Of a stretch of 64,000 bases of DNA, positions 31,201-47,472 are shown piece after piece. Source of the DNA: the human T2T-CHM13v2.0 reference genome, Homo sapiens. A program made the position numbers and the translations under genes. The notes beneath the pieces were generated by a model, which saw only the letters and a program-made list of their open reading frames with translations, ran no database searches and was not told the DNA's origin. Position 1 is the first letter of the stretch; each line of letters starts with the position of its first letter. The DNA lies in the NCBI RefSeq assembly GCF_009914755.1, contig NC_060925.1; one strand, written 5' to 3'.

Positions 31201-32535
31201 TAAACTACCTTCTTCCAAAGGCACCTTATGGAAAGGAAACCAAGTTCCAGGGGCAGTAATGAGGCAGGTCAGGCCTCATTGCTAAGTGGAAGGCCTGACA
31301 GTTCCTGGGGCCAGCCTCCTGGGGACTGGAGTGGTCTGGAGAAGGCTTTCTGAGGAGCTCACCTTCCTTTCCAAGTGAAGTTGTTTGTGCAGTGGAAGAC
31401 CAAGAGGACAGGACTGCAGACACAGCAGGTCAGCTGAGCCTCCCAGCCAGTCAACTGGGGCCCGGCCATTCTTTGGGCAGACTGTCTTAACAACTGACTT
31501 TGGGCCAACCCCTGTTTGGGGAGTACAACTCATAGTCTAGGATACGGCGTGATCACAGGGAGTGGTAGAAGCACAGAGGGCATGGGGAGGGCATCCTGGA
31601 TAAGACTGAAGTTGAAAGTAATTGCAGGACATGTTAGCCAGGCTAGTAGGTGTATGTGGAATGGGCTTTCCAGGCAGTGAGAACTGTATGTTCAGGGGGC
31701 TGGAGGAGAGAGAGAAATTGACAGAAAAAGAAAGAGACAGACAGACACTGGTACTTTCAGGGAACTCCATGCAGCTGTTTTTCAGCTGTCATGCCCCCAT
31801 CCTCAGGCCTGTCACCTGGCAGGGGCAGAAGCCAGGACAGCTCCTGAGATGCCCATACTGGTAAATGTAACCCAATCCCTAAACTGTTAGCTCTTGGCTC
31901 CCTCAGGAATGGTTGACATTTTTCTTGGCTGAGACCCAGGATGTGCCCTGGCTGAGCCGAGTATGTGCTTATCACAAGGTGCTGATTAGGCCGAAGTAAA
32001 GTGACAGGTGTTTGAAGATGCTGAAAGGGTAGAATTCCTGTCCCTGAGCGGAGCAAGGGTGAAGAGACCCAGTGCAAAACCCACCACTGTCTTTTGTGCC
32101 AGCTGGGACTAGAAGTCCTTGCCCAGAGTGTTTTACCTTTCTCACAGTTAAATGAGCTTGGCTTCATTCTCTTTCTAAAATTAAAACATAATGAAACAAG
32201 TAATTTATGTTCATTATGAGAAATAAGGAAGGAGGAAAAAAACACTAATCCCAGTGCCCAGAGGAAAGAGCATATTAGGTTATATTCTTCCATTTTCTTC
32301 TCCAATATGTACAATCAAGGAGCATTATTTTTAAAAGCATAATAAAGTCAGTGGAAAATGTAATAATTTTCCATAAAAGCCTTTTATTTTTCCCTTTATT
32401 CGAAACAGTATCTAGTAGTTACATTACACCTCACAATGTATAAACTATTTCTACTTGCTTTTTCGTAGTAATTTCTCACAGTTATGAGAGAGAAGTTAGC
32501 ATTATTTCTGTTTTGCAGTTGAAGAAACTGAGGCT

Positions 32536-32739
32536 CAGAAAATGTGATTTGTCCAAATTCAAGTAGTTTACAAGTAACAGAGCCTCAAATTCAGGTTTAT
32601 CTGATTCTTAAGTATCAAGCTTTATCTGCTGAGCCACAGAAAATGTGATTTGTCCAAATTCAAGTAGTTTACAAGTAACAGAGCCTCAAATTCAGGTTTA
32701 TCTGATTCTTAAGTATCAAGCTTTATCTACTGAGCCACA
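32536..32739. repeat. 101-bp tandem duplication (2 copies, 1 mismatch) inside a MIR
   Basis: cagaaaatgtgatttgtccaaattc...tct(g/a)ctgagccaca starts at 32536 and at 32637. Confidence 0.97.
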
Positions 32740-34715
32740 ACTGCAAAAAGAATAGCTTTAGAAACACGTACCTGCACCATTGGTATTTTCCACTGGAAAC
32801 TTGGCATCATTCATCAGAACCCTGAAGAAAATGAAATTTGCTCCAACTTCCTGAGTATTAATTGAATTACCTGGAATTTTTGATACATCCAAGGTGATTA
32901 GTGATGAACCAGAATATCCAAAGAGGCTGAGGATTATGCAATTGGAATTGGATATTTGTTTATGTTACCCAGGGCAGGTATTTTGTTTATAGTATTAGGT
33001 GTATGATTTAGTTATCTCCAAGTAACTTGGCCAGAGTTGGGTAAGATTTTTAGATTTTATTTTCATTTCCACATAAAAGAAAAAATCAAATTCCTTGCTT
33101 AGGGCAGGAAAAGCCACAAGGAACACTGCCTTCTATGCTTTCAGTCTAGCCAAAAGAGAAAAAAGAAAAAAAAATTAAGGAGAAAAAGAAGGAAGAAAAA
33201 AACCCAGTGGGGCACAGACAAATAATTCCAAGCTGTATATGCTGTCATGAATTCCCAATATATTAGGGAAGCTGCCAGAATCTTGCTTCTCAGGATGAAC
33301 TGTTGCCAAAACATATCATTTGCAAAAGCCGTAAGAGCCAGAGAGCTTTTTGCTCCTTAAAATAGCAGTAAGGGCAAATAAAAGTCTAAAGATAGTAAAA
33401 TTAGGTAAACATTTTTAAAATATGTTATATAAAGCACTAAAAATATTGCCTACTCTCTAGTTTTGCCTGCATCCGGGTTTTGAGGACTGTTAACTTCTAA
33501 AAGTAGTATCCTATTGAAGAGAAAAGTCTTTTGAAAGAAAAAGTCATGTTTTTTTAAGAACCAAAAATAGAAAGAGAAAGTGTTGGAGTAAATTGATTGG
33601 TTGATTCATTCACACAGTCTTTCATAATTAGTTATTTACCGTATTCCTTGTGCTATGCTAGTCACCAGACTTAATTACAAGGATAAATAAGAGATGCCCG
33701 TAAGAAGCACACAGTTAGTGGGGAGAAAGGCTCACAAACAGATGGTTGAGACTCGAGGAGGCTGATGCCACCCCAGATGTTTTGTGCAGGTTGCTACAGG
33801 AGAAGAAAGAGAAGGGAGTTCATGACTGCCTAGGGAAGTTGGGAGCTAGTCTTAAAAAAGAGAGGACATTTGAGCTGGGTCTGAAAAGATGAAGAGAGGA
33901 AGGAAAAACACCACGTGCCTCCTGCATACCCAGCATGGTGCTAGATACTCTAACAATTCCAAGAAGAATAAGACCAGCGGGAAGTGCAGTAGGGCAGGCA
34001 CATAAAGAATTCAACATAGGATAATGTGAGAGCATGATTATAGAGCAATTGTGTACAGTTCTATTCAGAAATCAGAAAATAAGGCTCCATGTAGACTGCT
34101 TTCTTTCAGAATAAAGAGTTTAAAGGCAAAAAAATGAGAGTTGTGTTCCATATCAGGCTCTTGGAAAAGGGTGTCCATGCATATAAGCACATCCTCCCGA
34201 GAAGCCCATTTTAAAATTTTGTTAAAGATTTTAGCAAGGACCTTAGCAGGAGACAGATGTCTCCTTTAAGAGACATCATTAAGGTTTGTTTAACCAAACC
34301 TTAATGGTTAAAGAACAGTGTCTTGGAGTTGCTGGATCCATGAGTAGGTCCAATTTGAAGGCTTTGATCCTTTTTTGCCAAATTGATGTCCAGAAGGATT
34401 GTGCCAGCGTCCACTCCCACCAGCTCTTTGGTGGAATCCCGTTTCCCTTTTATTCTCCTGGCACTGGCTGTTCGGATTTTTACACTTGTGGATTTTTACA
34501 CCTTTTGTCAAGCAAGTAGCAGTTTCTCATTGTGGTTTTAACTTTAATTTTTCTTCTTAAAAATAACACCAGCTTTTTATTATACTAATTGGTTGGGTGT
34601 ATGTGTCTATGTGTATTGTTTGGCAAATCGCCTATTGATATCCTTGGCCTGTTTTTCTATTGAAATTCTTTTTTCTTATTCATACATAAGAATTTTTTCT
34701 ATATTGAATGTATTA

Positions 34716-35106
<391 letters not shown>

Positions 35107-35884
35107 TTAAACATCTACCTTAAGTGCTATCCACTTTTAAACAACCAGATCTCTTTAATTTTTTAAAGTTTGTCAATGGGCTTTTAATTTTGTCCATAGT
35201 AGTTTTACACTATAGAAATGCTGATTTTTAAGTAGATAAATACATCAGTGTTTTCTTTTATGAATACCGAATTTACATTATTTATCACCCCTAAGATTTA
35301 TATATATAAATATATAAAAAGACATGTATATTAATATAATATATACTAGTATTTAAAAGCTTTCAGGTTTTACATTCGAATTTTTAGTTCAACTGGAATT
35401 ATTTTTGTTATGGTGTTTTATAGGGAAGAAAACAATTTTTTAAAGCTATTTATCCAGTTATCCAAACGCCATTTAAAAAGTAATCTACTCTTTTCCCACA
35501 GCCTTGCAGTGAGACCTTTGTCATACTCAAGCCTCTTGTGTGCTTGGATCTCTTTCCAGATGCACTCTTGTTCTATTAAGCTACCAGACTATTTGAATTA
35601 TTGAAATTTTGTAATGGTCATGTTCTTCTGCTGTTTGTTCATTTAAGATCTATTGTGTTTTCTCTTCACATTAATACTTTATAACTGATATATCAAATTC
35701 CACCTAATTATCTCACTGACATTTTTATTGACTTATGCCTTACATTTCTAAATCACTTTGGGAAGCATCAATTTCTTTTCAGTATCATGTTGCCTACTTA
35801 ATATGTGATTCCTCCTGTATACCCAAGTCCTCAGTCAGGCAGTGTGACTCTTTTATTTGGGTCTGCACACCTACTGTTGAGTAC

Positions 35885-36448
<564 letters not shown>

Positions 36449-38720
36449 TGAGCCACAGCCCAGCTGGGGTACAAGGTAAGGTGGGGAAGTGGGCAGAGAG
36501 AATTCTTGCGCATCCACAGCCTCTCCTGTCTTAAGTGCTAATAAAACCCTAGGTCATCCAGCCTCTCTCAATTGGAGACTTTAAAAATAATCTGGTCAGG
36601 GATGAAATGAAGTCAATTTTTATGTCAGCCATAAAGAGTGAGGCTTTAAAAGTTTAGCTAACATAATCAAAAGAATAAATGCTTTATAAGCATTTTAAAT
36701 GTGTCCATTGGGTGGACATGATCATAACATTGGATTTGGATTCAGAGAAATGGATTAGAATTTTATTTCTTCCCCTTACTAGATTGGGGAGCCATTTAGC
36801 TTTTCTCTGTACTCAGTTTTGTCATCTGTAGAAATGGGAATAACAGTCCAGCTGTTGAGAGGATTAAATGAATAATGAGTCTGAAAATGTTTTGTTAACT
36901 TTGGGGCACTGAAAGCCTAGAAACTTTTTTTCATAAATTATAGAAACAGTTATGCTTAGTCCACATCGACTTTTCTGCCTTGTGAAATAGGTCCCCAAGG
37001 GCTATATACTTGTCAATAATTTTTTTAATTTATTCAACAGATATTTACTGTATACCCGATTTCCATCGGGTACTTGGAATTCAGCAGTGAACAAAATACT
37101 TAGAATACTTAGTAATTATTCCTTATCATGCGTACTTCTATTTTTAAAAAGCATTAAAAAATTTTTGACAGTAGTACTTTTCACTAATTCCAATTTGCCT
37201 TTCCCCCAGTTAGTGTAAAAATCTAACAAGAATTTTTCTGGACCTCAGTATTCCAATTATAGAGAGAAAATATGGTAAAAAGGATATTAGATGAATTGTT
37301 TATGTATAAGAAATGAATAGGTGTAATTTCTCTGGACCTCAGTTGCCTGTTCTATAAAATGGGTGAGTTAGACTAGAGAATTTAAAAAATATATCCCAGA
37401 TTTTATAGTCCGTGATCTCTGGATAGTCAAGAAAGAATTCAACTAAGTAAATTAAGCTCCTTAATCAGAATTATTTTATTAACTTTGGACGGATTCATTG
37501 ATCTCTTTCTCTCTCACGTTACTGTTTTGTGGAAGGAATAAGTAATAACTACCTGACACCACACAGTAGCCCTGGGAACCAAGGCAAAAAAATCCCTACT
37601 TTATAACAGACAGAAAAACCTGGTCATTCAGAACAGCAGTCATGAACTGTCTAGAACCTAGAGTATCATAAAAACAAGGCCATGTCTGTTTTTGTGCCCT
37701 AAGCACCCAACTCATAGTAGAGACTGCATAAATACGTTTTGAACCGATAAATGAATGAGTTAACAGGTGAACAATAGCCAGAGTAGAATAAGGTTAGGAG
37801 GGGTTGTTCAGAGAAAGGGTCACACCCTTGAATTAGTCACAATCCTCCATATAAAAACTATTTTAACATGATTTTATTAATTATCAAATATAATTGCTAA
37901 CCAAGTATTACAAATCAAATCCTTAGTACCTGCATTTATGATTAGTTAAAACTCCATTATACCTTCCACTTACTGAACAAAAGCGCTAGGCACTTTTGCA
38001 TGCATTGTCTCACTTTAGCCTCAAAACAGTTATTGATAAGGTAGCTGAGATTCTGAGAGATAGGGCAGCTGGCCCTGTAGTCACACAATTAATAGCCAAT
38101 AGAGGCTGGATTCATAGCTCATCTGTCTGATTGCAAAACCCAGACTCTTCTATTCCACCCCTCTGTGCCTAGGGTTTAGAAAACATTTCTCTGGAGTACC
38201 CAGAGGTCAAAAATGTAAAGCACAAACACCTGGTTGTAATTTCTTGTTGTTTATCATGTTAACTAGGGGAAAGAGCTGACTTTAAGATTAAGGGGACTGT
38301 TTGGCCCTTGATTCATAGAATCCTGGAGCCAGAATAGGCTGGCCTTAATTCCTCAGCATTTCTCATGTCTCAGAGGTGTCATCTTGCATATATGATATCT
38401 ATTTCACGATTACAAATAAATATAGACTCTGCTATCTTGAGCTTCTAAAAAATAACTCTCTCAAGAGGGTGTATGCCACTAGGTCAAGAAAAGCCACCTG
38501 TACAAGTCTTTAACATCATAAGAAAGAAGTCAAAAAGAATTCTTGAAGGAAAACTCATCTTTATAGAATTTCATTTGTGATGCACTTTTTTCCTTGGCCC
38601 TTTTTCATCCGCACTGGGCCTCTTCTGTCAGGGTGAACCCAAAGGACCTTGGACCAAAATCCACTGCCACTGAAAGGAGGGAGGCAGAACTTAAAATAAA
38701 ACAAAATTTAAAAAAAAAAA

Positions 38721-38882
38721 TTGGGAGAGCATCAGGATAAACAGCTAATGCATTTGGGGCTTAATTCCTAGGTGATGGGTTGATAGGTGCGGCAAATCAC
38801 CATGGCACATTTACCTATATAACAAACCTGCACGTTCTGCACATGTATCTTGAAACTTACTAAAATTAATGAAAAAAAAAAA
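38721..38882 (+). mobile_element. L1PA-type 3' terminal fragment
   Basis: ctaggtgatgggttgataggtgcggcaaatcaccatggcac...aacaaacctgcacgttctgcacatgtatc plus an A tail. Confidence 0.88.
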
Positions 38883-39401
38883 GGCATTTTAGATGTAAAG
38901 AGTCAGTGTTTGGCGTCTTCATCTGGTCGGTGAAAACTTGGCCCTGCTTTAGGAAGCTCCTGTGGAGCTGGAACTCTGCTTAGTCAAAATCTCAGCAGCC
39001 TCAGGCAGGTCTCAGGCTGGGAGCAGGCCCAGCATTCACCCCAGAGAAGCCCAGGGAGCTTGGAGGAGAAGTGCCTGAGTCACGTGCTCCTTTCAAGAGA
39101 GTTCTCCAGAGATAACATTGCTTTTCATTTTACCTCCTCAGGATGTGGTGACTAAATGTTAGATAGCATCTTTCAAAAGCCTTTGAAACATCTTAGAGCT
39201 TTATTCTGTAGAAATGCCAAGATGGGTGTTTTCTGCTTATTCAGAAGCTCATAACCCTTCCCTGAAATCCTCCAAACCCTTCCTTTCATCCCTGGCCTGT
39301 TCCATCCCCAGTGACTGACAGGCCTGTATTTTTTTTGCCAGCTTCTTCTGAAGTTAGATAGTTTTGCGGGAGGGCCAAACAAATGATGAAGAAAGTGCTG
39401 A

Positions 39402-39698
<297 letters not shown>

Positions 39699-42024
39699 TG
39701 ACATCTCAAGGGAAAAATTAAAAAGTTCCTGTTGGCTATTTTTCTTTTGCTGCTGTGTTTTTCTAGGGTAGCTGTTCTTACCTGGTTTTCTGCTGTCCCA
39801 CGTGACTCTCACATGCACTCGTTGGGACAGTGGTTTATGCCCTTGTTCTGTGCACTGTCCAGTACCCTCATTCTGGGATTCTTAACCTGGACTCCAGAGG
39901 GATTTTTGCACTCTCTGGAATGATATGCAAGATGATGTGTCCATTGTACATGCAGAAAGGAGCCCCAGAATCTAAGAAAGAGGGAGAACTGTGGGAACTT
40001 AGATGTCAACTCCTCTCTTTTCTGTCAGCAGATTATAGCAGAGTGACAGCATGTAAGTGGCATTATACTTATACGTTTCTCTCGTATGTTCTAATTTCTA
40101 AAGGAGAGAAAAATAGATGAGGCATTCCCAGACTTAGAAACGTTGACCATCGTCATTCGCAGCACATGAGTGGCACCCCACCTAACACAGCAGTACCTGG
40201 CAAGACGCCACAGTTTAGGACCTGGAGCATCTCTAGATGTGGACAGAATTGTTAGTGCTTCCCTTACTGTGTGCCGGGTACCCTAGGCTGCAGGCTGGGT
40301 CAGGCTTTCTCCTGGCTTCTCATGAACACTTACGCACCAGGGTTCTCTCACCTCTGCTTCTGTTGCCTGTTGTCACAGAGTAAACTCATCTCTCACAATT
40401 CATAATAGAATAAAGAGCAGGATGAAGATTCTGTTACAACCTCCCAGTTTACTTTTTTCCAATTGACCCAGATTTTTGGCCTGGTCCTTGTCAAGGCATC
40501 TCATAGGGTTTGGAAGGGCCGGGCCGTGGGATTTACTGGAGGCTTCCCTCTGGGGAGCAGGCAGTGAATGGATGGATGGGCCACAGCAACCCTCAGTGCC
40601 TGGAGTCTCCCCTCCTCAACTTCTAGCACAAGTGGTTTCTCATCCTTGTGCCTGTTTGCCATTTGTGAGAACTTGGGGTCCAGTTTGGATGATTGTAAAT
40701 TATGCCTGAGATAATTAGAAGAGAGACCTGTGGTTGAGGAAGAAAGGGGTGTAGAAAAGGAGTGGAGCTGAGGGATGGCAGAGTGGGACAGAAGTTTGTG
40801 TCATTAAGCCTTCAGAGACAGAAGGGAAGTCAAGGAAAAGTAAATCCCAGCTCTGCAGTGCCTCTGGCATCTGCCAGGAGGGAGAAGAGGTGTAAAGGTG
40901 TGTATAGGAGACAGTGGCCTAAGCTCGAGAGCTGCCCTCTGTGCTGTAAAGAAAGCAGCTGCCCCACTTTCTGTAATCAGAAAATCCAAGCATTTTGATG
41001 TGAGACCAGATAGGAGGGAAAAATATGATCCAACATATATAGATAGAACATCTGCAATGTAGTGAAAAGAATTTTAGAGGCTTCAAGTTGAAGCTGTGAA
41101 GAAAGGAGACCAACCCTGGTGTGTTCCTAGAAAGCAAGAAATGGTCAGTGAAAATGGACCGTATCCTTCCCATAGTGACTAACTGTGGCATATCCTCTGT
41201 GTATTTCATCTACTGTCTTCACTAATCAGTGCTAATGAATGGCACCATTAAACACCAGATGGGGATTGGTGACGAACAGCAGGTGAAGAGCAGCATCTTT
41301 TTGGTCAGTCTTTGGTGTTATGCAAGGTTCTCCTTTTTACAGAGGATGGATAGACTCATAAAGACTGAAGAGTCCTCAGGCAACTTCTGTCCCAGCCTTC
41401 TTCCCTCAGGTTGGGAAATATCTACCCCAGAGTTCCCACACATTTTTCCCCAAGTGAGAAGATAATTGATGTCCAGAGATACCGCTGGGGAGGAAAAAGA
41501 GAGGGCAGCAGAGAGAAGGATGGGCTTGGCACTTCACACGGACCTCGCTTTGGGTCCATCAGGGATTGGCAGGAGATTGGCCACTGGCTCCTGCTTGTTA
41601 GGTTGGGAATAGCCAGTCTCTGCCATTTGGGACCTCTGACTTCCTGTTCTCTTTTGAGGACCTTTGCTAGTGGTTTGTAAGAGTCCTTCCCCTCATCTGC
41701 CTGAAACCTCTTCAGCTCTGGTTTCAGCCCCTTTGGTCCATGTTTCCCTCTTGATCTGGGGGCTGAATTTTTGCATCTAGCAGCTTTATGTGCTTCATTA
41801 TTAAGCTTCAAACTGGAATGGTTAGTCCATAAATCACAGGGAAGTGGGGAGAGGAGGGAAGCCCTCACATCACCCAGCATCACTGAGGTCAGGTCTCCCC
41901 TGACCCTGGAAATGCTTCTCCCACCGTAGCTAAGCCCCCATCAGCTGGATGCAGAGAGGGTGACGGAAGGCAGGCTCACAAGGTGCAGCTGCTGCCATTT
42001 ATCAAGGATTTAACCCTCCAATGA

Positions 42025-42420
<396 letters not shown>

Positions 42421-42443
42421 TAATAATTATAATAATAAAAATA

Positions 42444-42582
42444 GGGAGGCTGAGGTGGGAGGATCACCTGAGCCCAGGAGGTCAAGCCTGCAGTGAGCCA
42501 AGATCACACCACTGCACTTCAGCCTGAGCAAGAGTGAGACCTTATATCAAAAATTAATTAATTAATTAATTAAAAATAAAAA
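42444..42582 (+). mobile_element. Alu right-arm fragment (FRAM/AluJ-like)
   Basis: gggaggctgaggtgggaggatcacctgagcccaggagg...gtgagacct. Confidence 0.88.
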
Positions 42583-42715
42583 ATTTTCTGAGCATTTATG
42601 GTTTGCCAGGCTGTGTTGTAAGCCCATTATGAAAATATACTCATTTAATTCTCAAATAACTTAGACTGTTATTCTCCCTGCTACAGATAAGGAAACTGAG
42701 GCACAGAAAAGTTAA

Positions 42716-43074
<359 letters not shown>

Positions 43075-43547
43075 CAGGATAATTGGTCTTTAAATCAGCC
43101 CCTCATCTGGTGTTCTGCTCTGTCTGCAGCATTTTGTTGCTTTGTTTGGTCTGATCACCTGCTTGGGCAGAACACACCACTGGGTCTTAGATTTGGTGGG
43201 GGCAGGGAGAGGCAGTTTCATGTGTCTTCACAGAACAGTCTGCAGACCTGCAGCTTGGTAAGCTGGGTTCCTCAGCCATTCCCCCAAAAGTCTTCAGAAG
43301 TATATCAGAGTAAGGAGGGACTCTGGGAGCAAAGGGTGGGACAGTGAACTTGAAGGACAACCCCCAAAAATGGAGGAGCCAAGGGGAAGCAGTGAAGGAC
43401 AGGACAGTTTCTTTAAGTGTTTTTCACAATCCTTATCTCAACCAGAGCTCCATAGCTTAAAAAAAAGTTGGGGAAGTGTTGTGGTATATTAGCCCCTTCT
43501 TGGTGATTCACAGCATACAATGCAATGCACCATAAAGGCTCCAAGAT

Positions 43548-43867
43548 TTCGGACATGGTGGCCTGCACCTGTGGTCCCAGCTACTCAGGAAGCTGAGGCA
43601 GGAAGATCACTTGAGCGTAGGAGTTCTGGGCTATAGTGTGCTATGCCTGTCGGGTGTCTGCACTAAGTTTGGCATCAATATGGTACCTCCCGAGAGGGGA
43701 ACCACCAGGTTGCATAAGGAGGGGTGAACCGGCCCAAGTTGGAAACAGAGCAGGTCAAAACTCCCATGCCGATGAGTAGTGGGATTGCACCTGTGAATAC
43801 CCACTGCGCTTCAGCCTGGTGACATAGCAAGACCCCATCTCTAAAAAAAGAAAAGGAAAGAAAAAAA
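43548..43867 (+). pseudogene. 7SL (SRP RNA) processed pseudogene, RN7SL family
   Basis: Alu-like ends enclose the 7SL-specific S domain (gggtgtctgcactaagtttggcatcaatatgg...aaggaggggtgaaccggccca...gagcaggtcaaaactccc), followed by an A-rich tail. Many substitutions. Confidence 0.95.
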
Positions 43868-43918
43868 GAGGGTGCTGAGAAGACTTGCAGTAAAGGTGCC
43901 TGTTTACATAGCATTTGC

Positions 43919-44365
43919 TGAAGGACATTTCTCCAAAGAAAACATACAAATGGCCAACAGGCGTATGAAAAGGTGGTCCACATCACTAATCATCAGGGAA
44001 ATGAAAATCAAAACCACAATGAGCTGTCACCTCACACCTGTTAGGATGGCTGTTCTCAAAAAGACAAAAGATAACAAGTGTTGGGAAGGATGTGGAGAAA
44101 AGGGAACCATCAGACACTATTGGTGGGAATATAAATTGGTATAGCTATTTTGGAATAACCAAAATATGGAGGTTCCTCAAAAAGTTAAAAATATTTTAGT
44201 ACTAATATACGATCCAGTAATCCCTCTTCTGGGTATATATTCAGAGGAACTGAAATAAATATGTCAAAGAGATATCTGTTCTCTCTTGTTCATTCAATAT
44301 TATTCACAATAGTCAAGATATGGAACCAGCCTAAGTGCCCATCTACAGATGAATGAAGACATTGT

Positions 44366-44407
<42 letters not shown>

Positions 44408-44935
44408 CCACAATGGAAAATTATTCTGCCTTAAAACAACAAAAACCAAAATCTTGCCAATCTTGCCATTTGCAATAACATGGATGAACCTGGAGGACAT
44501 TATGCTAAGTGAAATAAGCCAGACACAGAAAGGCAAATACTGCATGATTTCACTTGTATGTGGGATCTAAAAAAAGTGAATCTCATAGAAACAGAGCAGA
44601 AAGGGGCTTACTAGGGGGTAGTGAATGGGGAAAATGGAGAGATATTGGTCCAAAGGGTACAAAATTTCAGTTATGTAGGATGTAGCAGTTCTAGAGATGG
44701 AATGTACAACATGATGGCTATAATGAATAACACTTGAAATGTACTAGGAGAATAGATCTTAATTGTTCTCACTATCACCACCACAACAAAAAAGGTAAGT
44801 AGGTGACAAGATTGATAATGTTAGTTGGCTTGACTCTAGTAATCAGTTCACTATGTATTTGTATATCAAGACATCATATTATATACCTTAAACATAAACA
44901 ATTTTTATTAAAAAATTGAAAGTAAAATAAAATAA
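43919..44935 (+). mobile_element. 5'-truncated L1 (L1MA-like) with ORF2 C-terminal remnant, 3' UTR, internal (GT)n at 44367-44403 and an 11-bp TSD
   Basis: ORF 43872-44144 gives [31 protein letters not shown]...HLTPVRMA, the L1 ORF2 Cys-rich end. TSD atagcatttgc at 43908 and 44936. Confidence 0.92.
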
Positions 44936-46267
44936 ATAGCATTTGCCATGCTTATTTTTCCACAAAGGCTTTTTTCTTTTAACACCTAATTAAAATCCTG
45001 TGAAACTCATTTGGAAACCCCTGGCATAGTGGTTTTGAGCAAAGTTAAAGAGATCTTGTTTTAAATTCTATTCCTGCCACTTAATAACTGTGTGTCCCTG
45101 GGTAAGTTGTTACAATTTTATGAATCTTGGTTTCCTTGTCTGTCAAATGGCAGAGTAATACCTACTTCATCTAGTTGTTACCGGGGTTTAAGGAGATAAT
45201 AAATGTAAAATGTTTAAACACTGTGGCTGGCATATAGGATTAACTTTTCAGAATAAGCAGCACTCTTAGTTTTTTTAGTCTAACTTTAAGTGTAACATAA
45301 TGCTATTATAACCATTTTTAAGTATATAGTTTAGTAATGTTGTACATATTCATATTGTTGTCCAACGTATCTCTAAAACTTTTTTCCCCCAAAACTAAAA
45401 CTCTGTACCCATTGAACAGCACCTCCCTGCTTCTCCCTTTTCACAATCCCTGGTACCACCTTTCTCCTTCCTGTGTCTGTGAATTTGACCATTGTAGGTA
45501 CCTCACATGAGTAGTATAGTTGCTTTTATTACAGAAAGTGGGAGATGAGAGAATGCTTCACTTTTACATTTTTTCCAGTGGCCAGGCCCCAGTTTCAGTC
45601 ATCACCAGTACCTTGTTGTGTTGTAGGCATCCCTAAAACTTCAACCAAAGGCAATGGGGTCTGCATTATAGACACTTAATAGCACAAGAGAAAAGGAAGA
45701 AGGAAATTGTGTTTGTCTTTTGATCATCAAGATAAATGCCTGGCACGTGGTAGATTCAAAGAGTGAATGAAATTTGTTTCCTCTGAACCATAGTCCTCAG
45801 CAGGTGGAATGGCAGTGGATGGTGTGAGGTTCCCACAATGCCCAGGTGTATCACCATCTAGCCGGGGAGCTGCCTTTCCTTATTCTGCAGCTGCTAGGCC
45901 ATCAGCACTTTGTGGGGACTGCCCAAGCCCTAAGGGGAAATGTGGTAGTTTCAGCAGGTGGAGTTGATTCTCCTTTTCCAGGTATAATGGATCGGTGGAG
46001 ATTTAGATAAGAAAAAGTAGCATTCAGCAGTAGAAAATGTACTACTCCTGGCTCTGCTATTGAGTCATTTAGTCAAATCACTTCATCTCTTTGGGTATCA
46101 GTTTTCTCATCTGTAAAATGGGCAGTTCAACCAGATTAGTAGTTTTTTTTTTTTTTTAATATTGAAAGCATTTATTAAGCAACAGAATTCTCTCTTTTTT
46201 TTTTTTTTCTTTAAGCGAGAAGTAGATGTGGGGAGGGGTTGTTGCATTTTTAAAGATTCCTGTATTA

Positions 46268-46565
<298 letters not shown>

Positions 46566-46571
46566 GATTCC

Positions 46572-46938
46572 TGTATTAGTCTGTTTTCACACTGCTGATA
46601 AAGACATACCTGAGACTGGGCAATTTACAAAAGAAAGAGGTTTAATTGGACTTACACTTCACGTGGCTGGGGAAGCCTCACAATCATGGTGGAAGGCAAG
46701 AAAGAGCAAGTCATGTCTTACATGAATGGCAGCAGGCAAAAGAGAGAAATTGTGCAGGGAAACTCCTGTTTTTAAAACCATTAGATCTCATGAGACCCAT
46801 TCACTATCATGAGAACAGCACAGAAAAGACCCACCCCCATGATTCAATCATCTCCCACCGGGTCCCTCCCACAACACTTGGGAATTATGGGAGCTACAAG
46901 ATGAGATTTGAGTGGGGACACAGAGCCAAACCACATCA
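46572..46938 (-). mobile_element. MaLR solo LTR, THE1-like
   Basis: tgtattagtctgttttcacactgctgataaagacatacctgagactggg...ggggacacagagccaaaccacatca. Confidence 0.9.
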
Positions 46939-47352
46939 GTCCCATTGGGAACAGTGTGGGAAAGAAATTGGAAGATGCACAAGTGGATGTGGAGGCACTC
47001 ACTGCTCCAGGTAAGAGACAGGACATTGACTTAGCAAGACTTAACAGCAGGAGAGTGGAGAGAAAAGGGGGCCATGGAGAGAGATTTAGCGGGGAAAAGT
47101 CATTGAGGCCTGCTCATGGACTGGGCATGGGGAAAATGCAGAGGAAGATGTCAGGAGCAACTCCTAGTTGTTCACTTTACATGAAAGACTGTAGTGTTGA
47201 TCCACTGAAATAGAAACTGCTGGAACTAGGTATTGGGGGAAATAACATGTGTTTGTTTTTGGATTTGTGGAGTTTGAGGAGCCTTGGAGACCTGGAAGTA
47301 GGCAGTCAGACGTACGGGTTTGGAGCTAAGCATCTGTGTTTAGAGGAAGTGA

Positions 47353-47472
<120 letters not shown>

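Noticed and set aside
31757-32314. Longest unassigned ORF (185 aa, minus strand), and similar 120-160 aa ORFs at 4282, 41422, 50864 and 53594
   Set aside because: No homology or coding-like composition. Several begin at non-ATG codons or lie in L2/MaLR repeats. Lengths are consistent with random ORFs in 64 kb.
32536-32739. CRISPR-like or regularly spaced repeat-spacer array
   Set aside because: All repeats seen are simple head-to-tail duplications without unique spacers, in a eukaryotic intron.
38686-38720. Extra L1-like terminus (agaacttaaaataaaa plus A run) directly before the L1PA fragment
   Set aside because: Too short and A-rich to distinguish a second insertion from low-complexity sequence.
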